64,000 nucleotides of DNA, from contig CBDDCK010000004.1 in the NCBI GenBank assembly GCA_965225855.1, forward strand, positions 96,001 to 160,000, written 5' to 3'. Within the stretch, counting starts at the first letter, position 1; each line of letters begins with the position of its first letter. Positions 36,692-45,242 of this stretch are shown here, piece by piece. A program made the position numbers and the translations under genes. The notes under the pieces were generated by a model. That model searched no databases. It was not told the DNA's origin and saw only the letters and a program-made list of their open reading frames with translations. This DNA is from Spirochaetia bacterium (GTDB lineage: Bacteria > Spirochaetota > Spirochaetia > SP-2023).

Positions 36692-38220
36692 ACTAGATAA
36701 CATAAACTACAACCCAGATATATTGAACCGTCTTGCGAATTTAAGCAATGATGAAGTTTTTACCCCAGCAAAAATTGCCAACCAAATATTAGATATGTTG
36801 CCTGATCAAATCTGAGAAGATGAAACCATAACTTTTTTAGACCCTTGCACCAAATCGGGGATATTTTTGCGAGAAATTGTAAAACGCTTAGTTGTTGGCT
36901 TAGGTAAAAAGCTTCCTAATTTAGAAGATAGAGTAACCCATAATATTACAAAATCAAGTTTTTGGTATAGCCATAACCCAACTTACTGGATTTTTAGCAC
37001 GCAGAACCGTGTATTGTGCTAAAAAAGCCGATTCTAAATTATCTATAGTTCCTTTTAATAATCAGCAAGGTAATATTCTATTTAATAGAATATTACACAG
37101 TTGGAATCAACATGGGGAATGCAACTATTGCGGTGCCAGTCAAAAACAATATTATCGAGGTGATGACTTAGAAACCCACGCATACGAATTTATTCATACA
37201 GAAAAACCAGAAAAATTATTTACAGACGCAAAAGGAAAACCAATGAAATTTGATGTAATTATAGGAAACCCGCCATATCAAATGAATGATGGGGGAGCGC
37301 AAGCATCTGCTAAGCCTTTATACCATAAATTTATTCAGCAGGCGAAAAAACTAAAGCCTAGATATTTATCTATGATTATTCCTGCGCGTTGGTACGCTGG
37401 GGGTAAAGGGCTAGACGAATTCAGGGATCAAATGTTGAATGATACTTCTATTAAAACATTAGTGGATTTTCCCAAGGCGTCCGATTGCTTTAACGGCGTG
37501 GAAATTAAAGGGGGCGTGTGTTATTTCCTGTGGGATAGGGATAACCCAAGTGATAAATGCGAAGTAATAACAGTAAGTAGCAATGGCGAAAAATCAAGAA
37601 TGCAAAGACCCTTATTATCCCATGGAATGGATACCTTTATTCGTTTCAATGAATCTGTATCTATTTACGATAAAGTGAAAAAATTAGGAGAACAATCTTT
37701 TGCCGATTATGTGAGTTATCGTAAACCTTTTGGGTTACCTACTACATATCGTGGAAAAGCAGAATCAGCAGAAAATCCAATTAAGATTTATACGACTAAA
37801 TCCACAGGGTATGTAAATAATGATGATATAGAAAAAAATCATCATTGGGTGGATACCTATAAGGTCTACACTCCTATGGCTGCTGCGGGGGGTGGAGAAT
37901 TCCCTAATGATATTTTAGGAAAACCTATCTTAGGATTACCCAATACCTGTTGTTCTGAAACCTATTTGGTTGTTGGTCCTTTTGAAAACCAACAAACGGC
38001 TAAAAATGTTCAGTCCTATATGGCAACAAAGTTTTTCAGATTTTTAGTTATGCTAAAGAAAATATCACAGCACGCATCACAAAAAGTATACGAGTGTGTG
38101 CCAATGCAAGATTTTAATGAAGTTTGGATTGATGAAAAATTATATCAAAAATATGCTCTAAACGAAGAAGAAATAAATTTTATAGAATCAATGATAAAGC
38201 CTATACCGATAAAGCTGTAG
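36684..38220 (+). pseudogene. Eco57I-like N6-adenine methyltransferase, disrupted
   Basis: MNKLDNINYNPDIL..SNDEVFTP; in-frame TGA at 36813-36815; FLDPCTKSGIFL; frameshift near 36945; then FDVIIGNPPYQ in ORF 37009..38220. Confidence 0.88.
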
Positions 38221-38244
38221 ATCAATATTTAAGAAAAGAAGGAT

Positions 38245-38790
38245 TTGCCAACCCTAATGGGGAATGGTTTGAATGTTGCGTTCAAGATGTAAAACGGGTG
38301 ATAATATCTATTCGTGATAATAAAGAATGTTCTCCCGAGAGAATTTATGATTTTTCTATGAGGCCAGAACAGCAACAAGCCGTTGAAAAAACCATACAAT
38401 TCTTCCAAGCATCGGAACAAGAAATTCCGCATTTTTTGTGGAATGCCAAAATGCGTTTTGGTAAAAATTTACCGCGTACCAACTAGCTCAAAACATGGGT
38501 TGGACAAAAATTTTAGTTTTAACATCTAAGCCTGCGGTACAAAGTTCGTGGCGCGAAAACTGATTAACCCATAAAGATTTTGAAGGTTGGCAATTTATAT
38601 CTAAAGTAAGAGCTAATTATAAAGAAATTGATAAAGGCAAACCTTTTGTTTGGTTTGCATCATTTCAAGACGTATTGGGCAAAAATAAAGCAGGGGGCAT
38701 AAAGATTAATAACCAAGATATTGACGCAATAGATTGGGATTGTGTAATATTTGATCAATATCATTTTGGGGCGTGGCGTGAAAAATTCAA
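38245..38790 (+). pseudogene. Restriction endonuclease/helicase remnant (GIY-YIG/T5orf172-like end + SF2 helicase start)
   Basis: GEWFEC, FSMRPEQQQAV, FLWNAKMRFGK (Walker A), WDCVIFDQYHFGAWR (DExH-like); several frameshifts and truncated at both ends. Confidence 0.8.
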
Positions 38791-38871
38791 CACCCCCTTG
38801 AATACTAAATATGGACCTCAATATATGTAAAACCAACCCAAAGGCCACACGCAAAAAACATAATAAGTAAT

Positions 38872-38940
38872 TCCATAGTTATAGATTGTACAAGTCGATA
38901 GCTATGGACTAGGTCGGCCCATAGTTATCGACTAGGTTGT
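38872..38940. repeat. CCATAGTTATCGAC-family palindromic module (three units)
   Basis: TCCATAGTTATAGA-ttgtacaa-GTCGATAGCTATGGA-ctaggtcggc-CCATAGTTATCGAC. Confidence 0.85.
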
Positions 38941-38960
38941 TTCTCAATATTGAATACAGT

Positions 38961-39002
38961 GCAACCCACTACCAAGAGGGTAGTGGAATATTAGCCATAG
39001 TT
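38961..39002. repeat. 42-bp module duplicated at 39763-39804 (1 mismatch)
   Basis: GCAACCCACTACCAAG(A/C)GGGTAGTGGAATATTAGCCATAGTT. Confidence 0.9.
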
Positions 39003-39031
39003 ATCCACAAAAATTCAAGCAAGGCTTGGGC

Positions 39032-39568
39032 TTACATCAATTTAAGCAAGCCCAAGATACCAATAACTAGGCCAATGCCTGTTCCTATAAACCATTGCAA
39101 CATCAAAAACCTTTTATCCACTTGTTCAAAGCGTTTGTCCATGTTTTGTTGCATAGCTTCAAAGCGTTTGTCCATGTTTTGTTGCATAGCCTCAAAGCGC
39201 TTGTCGACTTGTTCAAAGCGCTTATCAATACTTTGCTGCATAGCTTCAAAGCGCTTGTCGACTTGTTCAAAGCGCTTGTCGACTTGCTCAAAGCGCTTGT
39301 CCATTTGCTGCATAAAGGTTTTAAGCACTTCTTGGTTTTGTTGCAGCAGCTCTCTTTGGTGCTTGAGCTCTTCTTCCACACGCACCATGCGTTCCAGTAG
39401 TTCGGGCCCATAATTGGGCCTTTCGACTTTGGCGGGTGCTGGCAATGGTTGCTGCGCCAATTGGTCTTGTAGCTGGCGCTGCACTTCCTTAGCTAAATTT
39501 TCTTTTAGTAGGTTTTCGATTAAGTCTTGTATCAAAGCTTGGTCATGGTGTTCGGCTAAATTATTCAT
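39032..39568 (-). CDS. Bdr/DUF1640-like coiled-coil repeat protein with C-terminal TM anchor
   Basis: DKRFEQV (21 bp) and DKRFEAMQQNM (33 bp) repeats; C-terminal WFIGTGIGLVIGILGLL. Confidence 0.85.
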   Translation of the reverse strand: MNNLAEHHDQALIQDLIENLLKENLAKEVQRQLQDQLAQQPLPAPAKVERPNYGPELLERMVRVEEELKHQRELLQQNQEVLKTFMQQMDKRFEQVDKRFEQVDKRFEAMQQSIDKRFEQVDKRFEAMQQNMDKRFEAMQQNMDKRFEQVDKRFLMLQWFIGTGIGLVIGILGLLKLM

Positions 39569-39574
39569 TATCCC

Positions 39575-39603
39575 AATATAGCCTAAAGTGTAAACAAAGT
39601 CAA
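39575..39603 (-). promoter_or_regulatory. Sigma70 promoter, predicted leaderless transcript
   Basis: TTGACT-N17-TATATT-gggata-ATG. Confidence 0.6.
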
Positions 39604-39719
39604 GAGCTTAGCCGAAACTTTTGCTAAAAAAGTCAACGCAATGGTTTGGTTGTACCAAGCCCAAAACAAAAGGAAAATAAGGTAGTAGATTGTAAAAGCT
39701 AGAATCCCATAACAGGAAT

Positions 39720-39792
39720 TATTCCACTACCAATAGGGTAGTACCAATAAACCAATATGGTAGCAACCCACTACCAAGCGGGTAGTGGAATA
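39720..39792. repeat. Three 22-bp units bounded by a 12-bp inverted repeat
   Basis: ATTCCACTACCAATAGGGTAGT / ACCAATAAACCAATATGGTAGC / AACCCACTACCAAGCGGGTAGT; TATTCCACTACC...GGTAGTGGAATA. Confidence 0.75.
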
Positions 39793-39923
39793 TTAGCCAT
39801 AGTTGCCTAACAAAAAGGCAAGCAAAGCTTGGTCTAAAGCCCAAACCTTGCTTGCCCACTAAGCCTATTCTCTAAGAGCTAACAATAGGCCAACCAAGCG
39901 TTGCTTACCGAAACAACAAAACC

Positions 39924-41735
39924 TTATTTACTAGCCCCTGTAACTACAATACTATTGGTTGTGTCTGCTGGACTACCAGTTACAAATCCTGCTGCTGCTT
40001 CAAGGTTGTATGCACCATTATCATCACGAACACCATTCTTAACCAGTATGGTATTAGCTTCCGCTTTTACAGTACCGCTTAAAGTAATATCTAAGCCTGT
40101 TGCACGTGCACGAGAACCTGTGGCTGTGTTTTCACCTGTAGTTGAATGCTTAGGTAATAGGTATTTCTTCTTACCATTACCGGATACAAGCGTCAATTTG
40201 CTAAAGTCCCACTCTGCAACTGTTTCCGGTAAATTCCTACCAGAAATCTGTAACACACCTGTATTAGCAAAGTAGGCTACGATGTTGAGATAGCTTTTGT
40301 AGCCGCTAACGGTAATAGGGTTGCTTGTGTCTGCTACCCTACCACCTGCAAATCCTGCTGCTGCTTCCAGGTTGTATCCACCATTATTATCACTTTCACC
40401 ATTCTTAACCAGTATGGCATTGGCTTTCTCGATTTCAGTACCTTTTAAAGTAATCGTTAAGCTTGTTGCACTTGCTGCAGAACCTTTGGCAAAGTTTTTA
40501 GTTGAAGCTGGGTTGTGCGGTAATAATGGGGCACTCTTACGACCATTACCGGATACAAACCTCAATTTGCTAAAGTCCCAGACTGCAACTGTTGTTGGTA
40601 AATTAGTACCTGTAATCACTAACACGGCTGTACCAGAATCGTAGGTTGCATGGGTAATTGCGGGTACACTAACAGCCAAGTCTTTGGCTGTATCTAAGCC
40701 CGCCCAAGCACCAGTGCCAACGCTAAGCAACCCTTTTTTTAGACCATCCTTATCCATACCGGGCTTGGCCTCAAGAGTAGTTTTATCGTCATCGGTAAGG
40801 TAAAGCCAAATGGCTGTGCCATCGCTGTTCAGGCGGTACTTACCTTCTGCAAGACCGCTACTATCTGGCCCAGTGGGTTTAGCATCTGCAGCATAGGAAT
40901 TTAAGACTACGCCAGCTACCTTGATGGTCTGGATTTGGGCTTGGGTCGCACTACCTAATTGAGTACCTTGTACGGTTAACAGAACCGTGCCAATATTGTA
41001 GGTTGCACCGGTAATTGCAGCTTGTTCAGTTTGCTTAGGCGACTGCTGTTCGGCTTGTTCGTTTTGCTTAGGCGACTGCTGTTCGACTTGTTCGTTTTGC
41101 TTAGGCGACTGCTGTTCGACTTGTTCGTTTTGCTTAGGCGACTGCTCTTCGGCTTGTTCGGCTTCGGGTAGTTTACGCGACTCCTCTTCAGCTTGTTCGA
41201 CTTGTTCAGCTTCTTCAGTTTGCTTAGATGGCTGATTGTCATCGGATACTTTAGACTGCTTATTTTCGGGTACATTACTAACGTCCAAGTCTTTAGGTGT
41301 ATTTAAACCCGCCCAAGCACCAGAGCTAACGCTAAGCAAGCCTTTTTTTAGACCATTGCTACCCACCTTGGCCTGAAGAACAGCTTTATGTTGATCGGTA
41401 AGTCTAAGCCAAAGCGCTGTGCCATCGTTTGCAATACGGTACTTACCTTTTGCAAGACCGTTACTATCTGGCCCAGTGGCTGGGTCATCTGCAGTATAGG
41501 AACTGAAGGCTACACCATTTGTTCGGCTTCCTACCCTGATAGTTTGGATTTGCGCTTCTGTAGGACTTAAGTCAGTACCTTGTAAAGTTAGTAGCGCCGT
41601 GCCAACATCGTAGATGGCGTTATTGATAGTCGGCCCAGAAGATGGCGCATCATCGTCATCGGGTGGGGCGCAGGCCAAGGCCATAAAGGCCAGTAGCCAG
41701 GCTACTGGCAATAAAAGTAGTTTGAGCTTATACAT
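39924..41735 (-). CDS. Surface lipoprotein with repeated beta-rich domains, copy 2 (A-linker-A-B-B)
   Basis: Close paralog of 28218..30356 with the same RBS; signal MYKLKLLLLPVAWLLAFMALA-C. Confidence 0.85.
   Translation of the reverse strand: MYKLKLLLLPVAWLLAFMALACAPPDDDDAPSSGPTINNAIYDVGTALLTLQGTDLSPTEAQIQTIRVGSRTNGVAFSSYTADDPATGPDSNGLAKGKYRIANDGTALWLRLTDQHKAVLQAKVGSNGLKKGLLSVSSGAWAGLNTPKDLDVSNVPENKQSKVSDDNQPSKQTEEAEQVEQAEEESRKLPEAEQAEEQSPKQNEQVEQQSPKQNEQVEQQSPKQNEQAEQQSPKQTEQAAITGATYNIGTVLLTVQGTQLGSATQAQIQTIKVAGVVLNSYAADAKPTGPDSSGLAEGKYRLNSDGTAIWLYLTDDDKTTLEAKPGMDKDGLKKGLLSVGTGAWAGLDTAKDLAVSVPAITHATYDSGTAVLVITGTNLPTTVAVWDFSKLRFVSGNGRKSAPLLPHNPASTKNFAKGSAASATSLTITLKGTEIEKANAILVKNGESDNNGGYNLEAAAGFAGGRVADTSNPITVSGYKSYLNIVAYFANTGVLQISGRNLPETVAEWDFSKLTLVSGNGKKKYLLPKHSTTGENTATGSRARATGLDITLSGTVKAEANTILVKNGVRDDNGAYNLEAAAGFVTGSPADTTNSIVVTGASK
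41021..41160 (-). repeat. 33-bp coding tandem repeat, about 4 copies (EQQSPKQNEQV)
   Basis: TTGCTTAGGCGACTGCT at 41031, 41064, 41097 and 41130. Confidence 0.9.
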
Positions 41736-41988
41736 AAGCAATACCTCCAAAAATGGATAAAGATTGGCCAACCCATACGGGCTAGTGTACAGTGCCCCAT
41801 TTTGCTAGGGGGGGTGTTGCGTCAAGGCCTATATAAGATTTTTGCAAACTTTTTTTGTGCTTTTTTTATGTTTGGGCACTTTTTTTGTGTGTTAGTGTTG
41901 TTTTTTAGTGTTGTAAGGTGGTTAAAAATCCATGCCAATCCATTTGCATTCCATATTATTGTAATCTATGAACCATCAAAGCAACCAA

Positions 41989-42050
41989 TCCATAGTTATA
42001 GACGCAACAAGTCGATAACTATGGACCGACCTAGTCTATAATTGTTACTT
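41989..42050. repeat. CCATAGTTATCGAC-family palindromic module
   Basis: TCCATAGTTATAGAC-gcaacaa-GTCGATAACTATGGA-ccgacctag; the last spacer is the reverse complement of ctaggtcgg in the other copies. Confidence 0.85.
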
Positions 42051-42099
42051 TTCAAAAGTACATAATTAGGGCATGGTTTGGTTTTTGTTGTGAAGGTTT

Positions 42100-42127
42100 G
42101 GGGGGGTGGGGTGGTTGGTGGTTGGGG
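42100..42127 (+). other. G-rich potential G-quadruplex
   Basis: GGGGGGGTGGGGTGGTTGGTGGTTGGGG. Confidence 0.55.
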
Positions 42128-42338
42128 CTTTTTGTTTTATTTTTGATGATTAGTTTTGGAATTATATTGATCGTATTGATCTATCCCACTGAAAATAGCG
42201 ATTCGTTTTTATATCCATATAGCCATAGCAGAGCGTTTTAAGTCTAAATTATTTTGCCTGTAAAAACTTTATTGCTAAAGCAATTATCAATACAATAGCA
42301 AGGCTAGCCAAACATCATTGTAGAGGAGATAAAACAAC

Positions 42339-44159
42339 ATGAAATCCATGGTAGAGAAGGCTTTGCACCATAGTATAGGCCAAGTAGCTAAAGAGAACGG
42401 CTTGCCACTCACCGGTGAACAACTGGAGACCATCTGTGGCCAATTGCATTTAGAAAAGCCTCCCAAACCCGAGCTAGGGGACTGGGCCTGTCCATGCTTT
42501 CCATTAGCCAAAGTTTTGCGCCAAGCCCCACCTAAGTTGGCAGAAGCTCTAGCCCAACAGCTACAACAGCAGCTAGCAGATTGGCAAATAGAGCATGCGG
42601 GAGCTTATGTAAACTTCCGCATGCCGCGCGCTGCCGTGGCCCAAAGGGTAATGCAGCAAATAGCCTCGCCAGACTTTGGCCGCAACGAGGCCCTAAAAGG
42701 CCATAAGATTATGGTGGAGTTTTCTAGCCCTAATACCAATAAACCCTTGCACTTGGGCCACCTGCGCAACAATGCCTTGGGGGAATCCATTAGCCGTATA
42801 CTAGCTGCCAGTGGTGCCCAGCTCAATAAAGTCAATATCATCAACGATAGGGGCGTGCATATTTGTAAGTCTATGCTGGCATACCAGCGCTTTGGTTGCA
42901 AGAATGGGGTTTGGCAAACGCCCGACAATAGCCAAACCAAAGGCGATCATTTGGTAGGCAACTACTATGTACGCTTTAATGATTGGTGTCAAGAGGCAAG
43001 AGCAAGTGCAGAGCAAGACCCGGAACAAGACCCAGAGCAATTGGCCATGGCCATGCTAAAAGCCTGGGAAGAGGGCGACCCCAATGTGCGAGAGCTATGG
43101 CACAAGATGAACCAATGGGTTTTGGACGGCATTCGTCAAACCTACCAGCGCTGCGATATAACCTTTGACCGCTTGTACTTTGAGCACGAGACCTACAAAC
43201 TAGGCAAAGAGCTAGTTGCTGAAGGGCTAGAGCGCGGTATCTTTATGCGGCGCGAAGATGGGGCAGTCTATATAGACCTTCGCCACTATAAGCTAGACCA
43301 AAAGGTGGTGCAACGCAGCGATGGCACGGCCGTCTACATTACGCAGGACTTAGGCACAGCTGTGGCGCGGCATCAAGACTTTCCTTTTGATAGCCAAATT
43401 TATGTCGTGGGCAATGAGCAAGACTATCATTTTAAGGTGTTGTTCCTAATTCTAAAGCAGTTTGGCTACCCTTGGGCGTCCAAGCTATACCACCTTTCCT
43501 ATGGTATGGTGGTGCTGCCCGATGGCAAAATGAAATCCCGCGAGGGCACGGTAGTCGATGCCGATGTCTTGCTGGACCAATTGGAAGAGTTGGCTTTGGA
43601 AGGCTTGCGCGAGCGCGAGCGTCTTGAAACCCAAGAGTGTGGGCAAAGTGTAGCCCGTAAGATAGCTTTAGCCGCGTTGCACTACTACCTATTGCAGTTC
43701 AATCCACAGCGCGATATTTCCTTTAACCCAAAAGAATCTTTGGCCTTTACAGGCAATACCGGTCCCTATTTGCAGTATGTTGGTGCACGGATTTACTCTA
43801 TCCTGCGCAAAGCGGAGGTTGGCCCTGAATTAAACTGCAAAGCCCTTGCCAACTACAGCATGCAAGCTTGGCAAGCATTGACTGGTGAGCAAAGCGATGG
43901 AGCTGAATGGCAACTACTGAAACAATTGCAAAACTACCCTAACGCCGTTTGCTTGGCAGCTATGGAACGCAACCCTTCCCATGTAATCAAAGCCCTTGCT
44001 GAAATAGCCCGGTGTTTTAGCCGTTTTTACCACGATGTAGCCATTTTAGGCAGTGAAGAACCATTGCTTAGCCTCCGTTTGGACTTATGCCGAGCGACCC
44101 TACATGTACTGCAAGCTGGCATGAGACTGTGTGTGATACCATTTCTGGAAACAATGTAG
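42339..44159 (+). CDS. argS: Arginine--tRNA ligase
   Basis: VEFSSPNTNKPLHLGHLRN (HIGH-like), GKMKSREG, GNTGPYLQY, C-terminal LETM. Confidence 0.97.
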   Translation: MKSMVEKALHHSIGQVAKENGLPLTGEQLETICGQLHLEKPPKPELGDWACPCFPLAKVLRQAPPKLAEALAQQLQQQLADWQIEHAGAYVNFRMPRAAVAQRVMQQIASPDFGRNEALKGHKIMVEFSSPNTNKPLHLGHLRNNALGESISRILAASGAQLNKVNIINDRGVHICKSMLAYQRFGCKNGVWQTPDNSQTKGDHLVGNYYVRFNDWCQEARASAEQDPEQDPEQLAMAMLKAWEEGDPNVRELWHKMNQWVLDGIRQTYQRCDITFDRLYFEHETYKLGKELVAEGLERGIFMRREDGAVYIDLRHYKLDQKVVQRSDGTAVYITQDLGTAVARHQDFPFDSQIYVVGNEQDYHFKVLFLILKQFGYPWASKLYHLSYGMVVLPDGKMKSREGTVVDADVLLDQLEELALEGLRERERLETQECGQSVARKIALAALHYYLLQFNPQRDISFNPKESLAFTGNTGPYLQYVGARIYSILRKAEVGPELNCKALANYSMQAWQALTGEQSDGAEWQLLKQLQNYPNAVCLAAMERNPSHVIKALAEIARCFSRFYHDVAILGSEEPLLSLRLDLCRATLHVLQAGMRLCVIPFLETM

Positions 44160-44289
44160 AGCCTTGATAGTCCAAATTATCGCTATTGATAATACAAGTT
44201 GGCCTAAATAGCCGTGTTGACCTTTGATTGGGCTTTGGCAATCTTAGCCGAATCAAAGATAAACATTCTAAACCACTAGCTAGTATGAC

Positions 44290-44966
44290 TAGCTGAAGGA
44301 CATAGCAATTGAGTTACGCCCGTAATCGGATTACTCATAGCTGGGCAGGAGAATATCTTGAGCAACGATGGGAGTATTTCTAGTCGATTGATCAGAAACG
44401 ACAACTTTTGACTCTAAGGGCCGAATACAAAAGCAGGTAGCTAGTCTGAGCAAGGGCGGTAGTACTACCACTAGATATACGTATCAGGGCAGTGGCCCTG
44501 CAATAGCTGCCTTGGTCTTACATCAAGTACATGACTTTAGGTGGATTGCAATTTGATGTGATGGGCAAAACGAACGGTGGTATAGATACCGTATACAAGT
44601 GGTAAGAGCAAGGAGGCAAAGATGTTTTGCTAGTAGATTACAGCTACCAAAGGCAGGTCTAGTTACTACAGCACTATACAGAAAACGACCTATGATTCTA
44701 AAGTTAGAATGACAAGGTATGTAGAGTATTTGATTATCAGTACTTCTGCAGTAAAGACTACATTGATAAGCAGCATTCTCGGTGGTAGCTATAACGGCAA
44801 AGATCAATCTGTAACGATCCAAGAAAACAATACCTATACCTATGATGATGAAAGATTAGCAAGCTTAGCCGATTTTATTTGGGCTAACCAGGTTTGGTTT
44901 GATACCCCCTTGCTTGCTTGTTGGGTTTACCCATTAGTTAGGTTGATCATCAAGCTACAGTTTTAG
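44290..44966 (+). pseudogene. Degraded YD/RHS-repeat-like gene fragment
   Basis: Frameshifted pieces FDSKGRIQKQ..TTRYTY, YDSKVRMTRYVE and NTYTYDDERL. Confidence 0.4.
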
Positions 44967-45242
44967 GTTATAGTATCTGTACAATGTATTCTACTAGAGC
45001 TACAAGAGAAAATATTCTAGGTCGTCAAGAAACTTACTGGCTAGCCTAGAATGGGTTTTAGTTTAGAAAGTAGTAAAGTAACAAATAAGCTTGATTCAAT
45101 ATTGATAGTACTTAGAGAATCTATTAGGGTGGGGGCTATAATTCCTCTTTTGGGCTTTTTTGTGATCAAGGTTTTTAGGGCTATTTACCAAGTTCTCGAT
45201 AACTGCTAAGCTACGCACACCAATAAAGAACGAGGCAAAACT

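Noticed and set aside
36813..36815. TGA read as Trp (genetic code 4)
   Set aside because: TGA is a normal stop for intact genes (e.g. livK, glgB), and the same gene also has a frameshift
38872..39835. Integron attC sites
   Set aside because: I could not find RYYYAAC...GTTRRRY-bounded hairpins, and there is no integrase in the window
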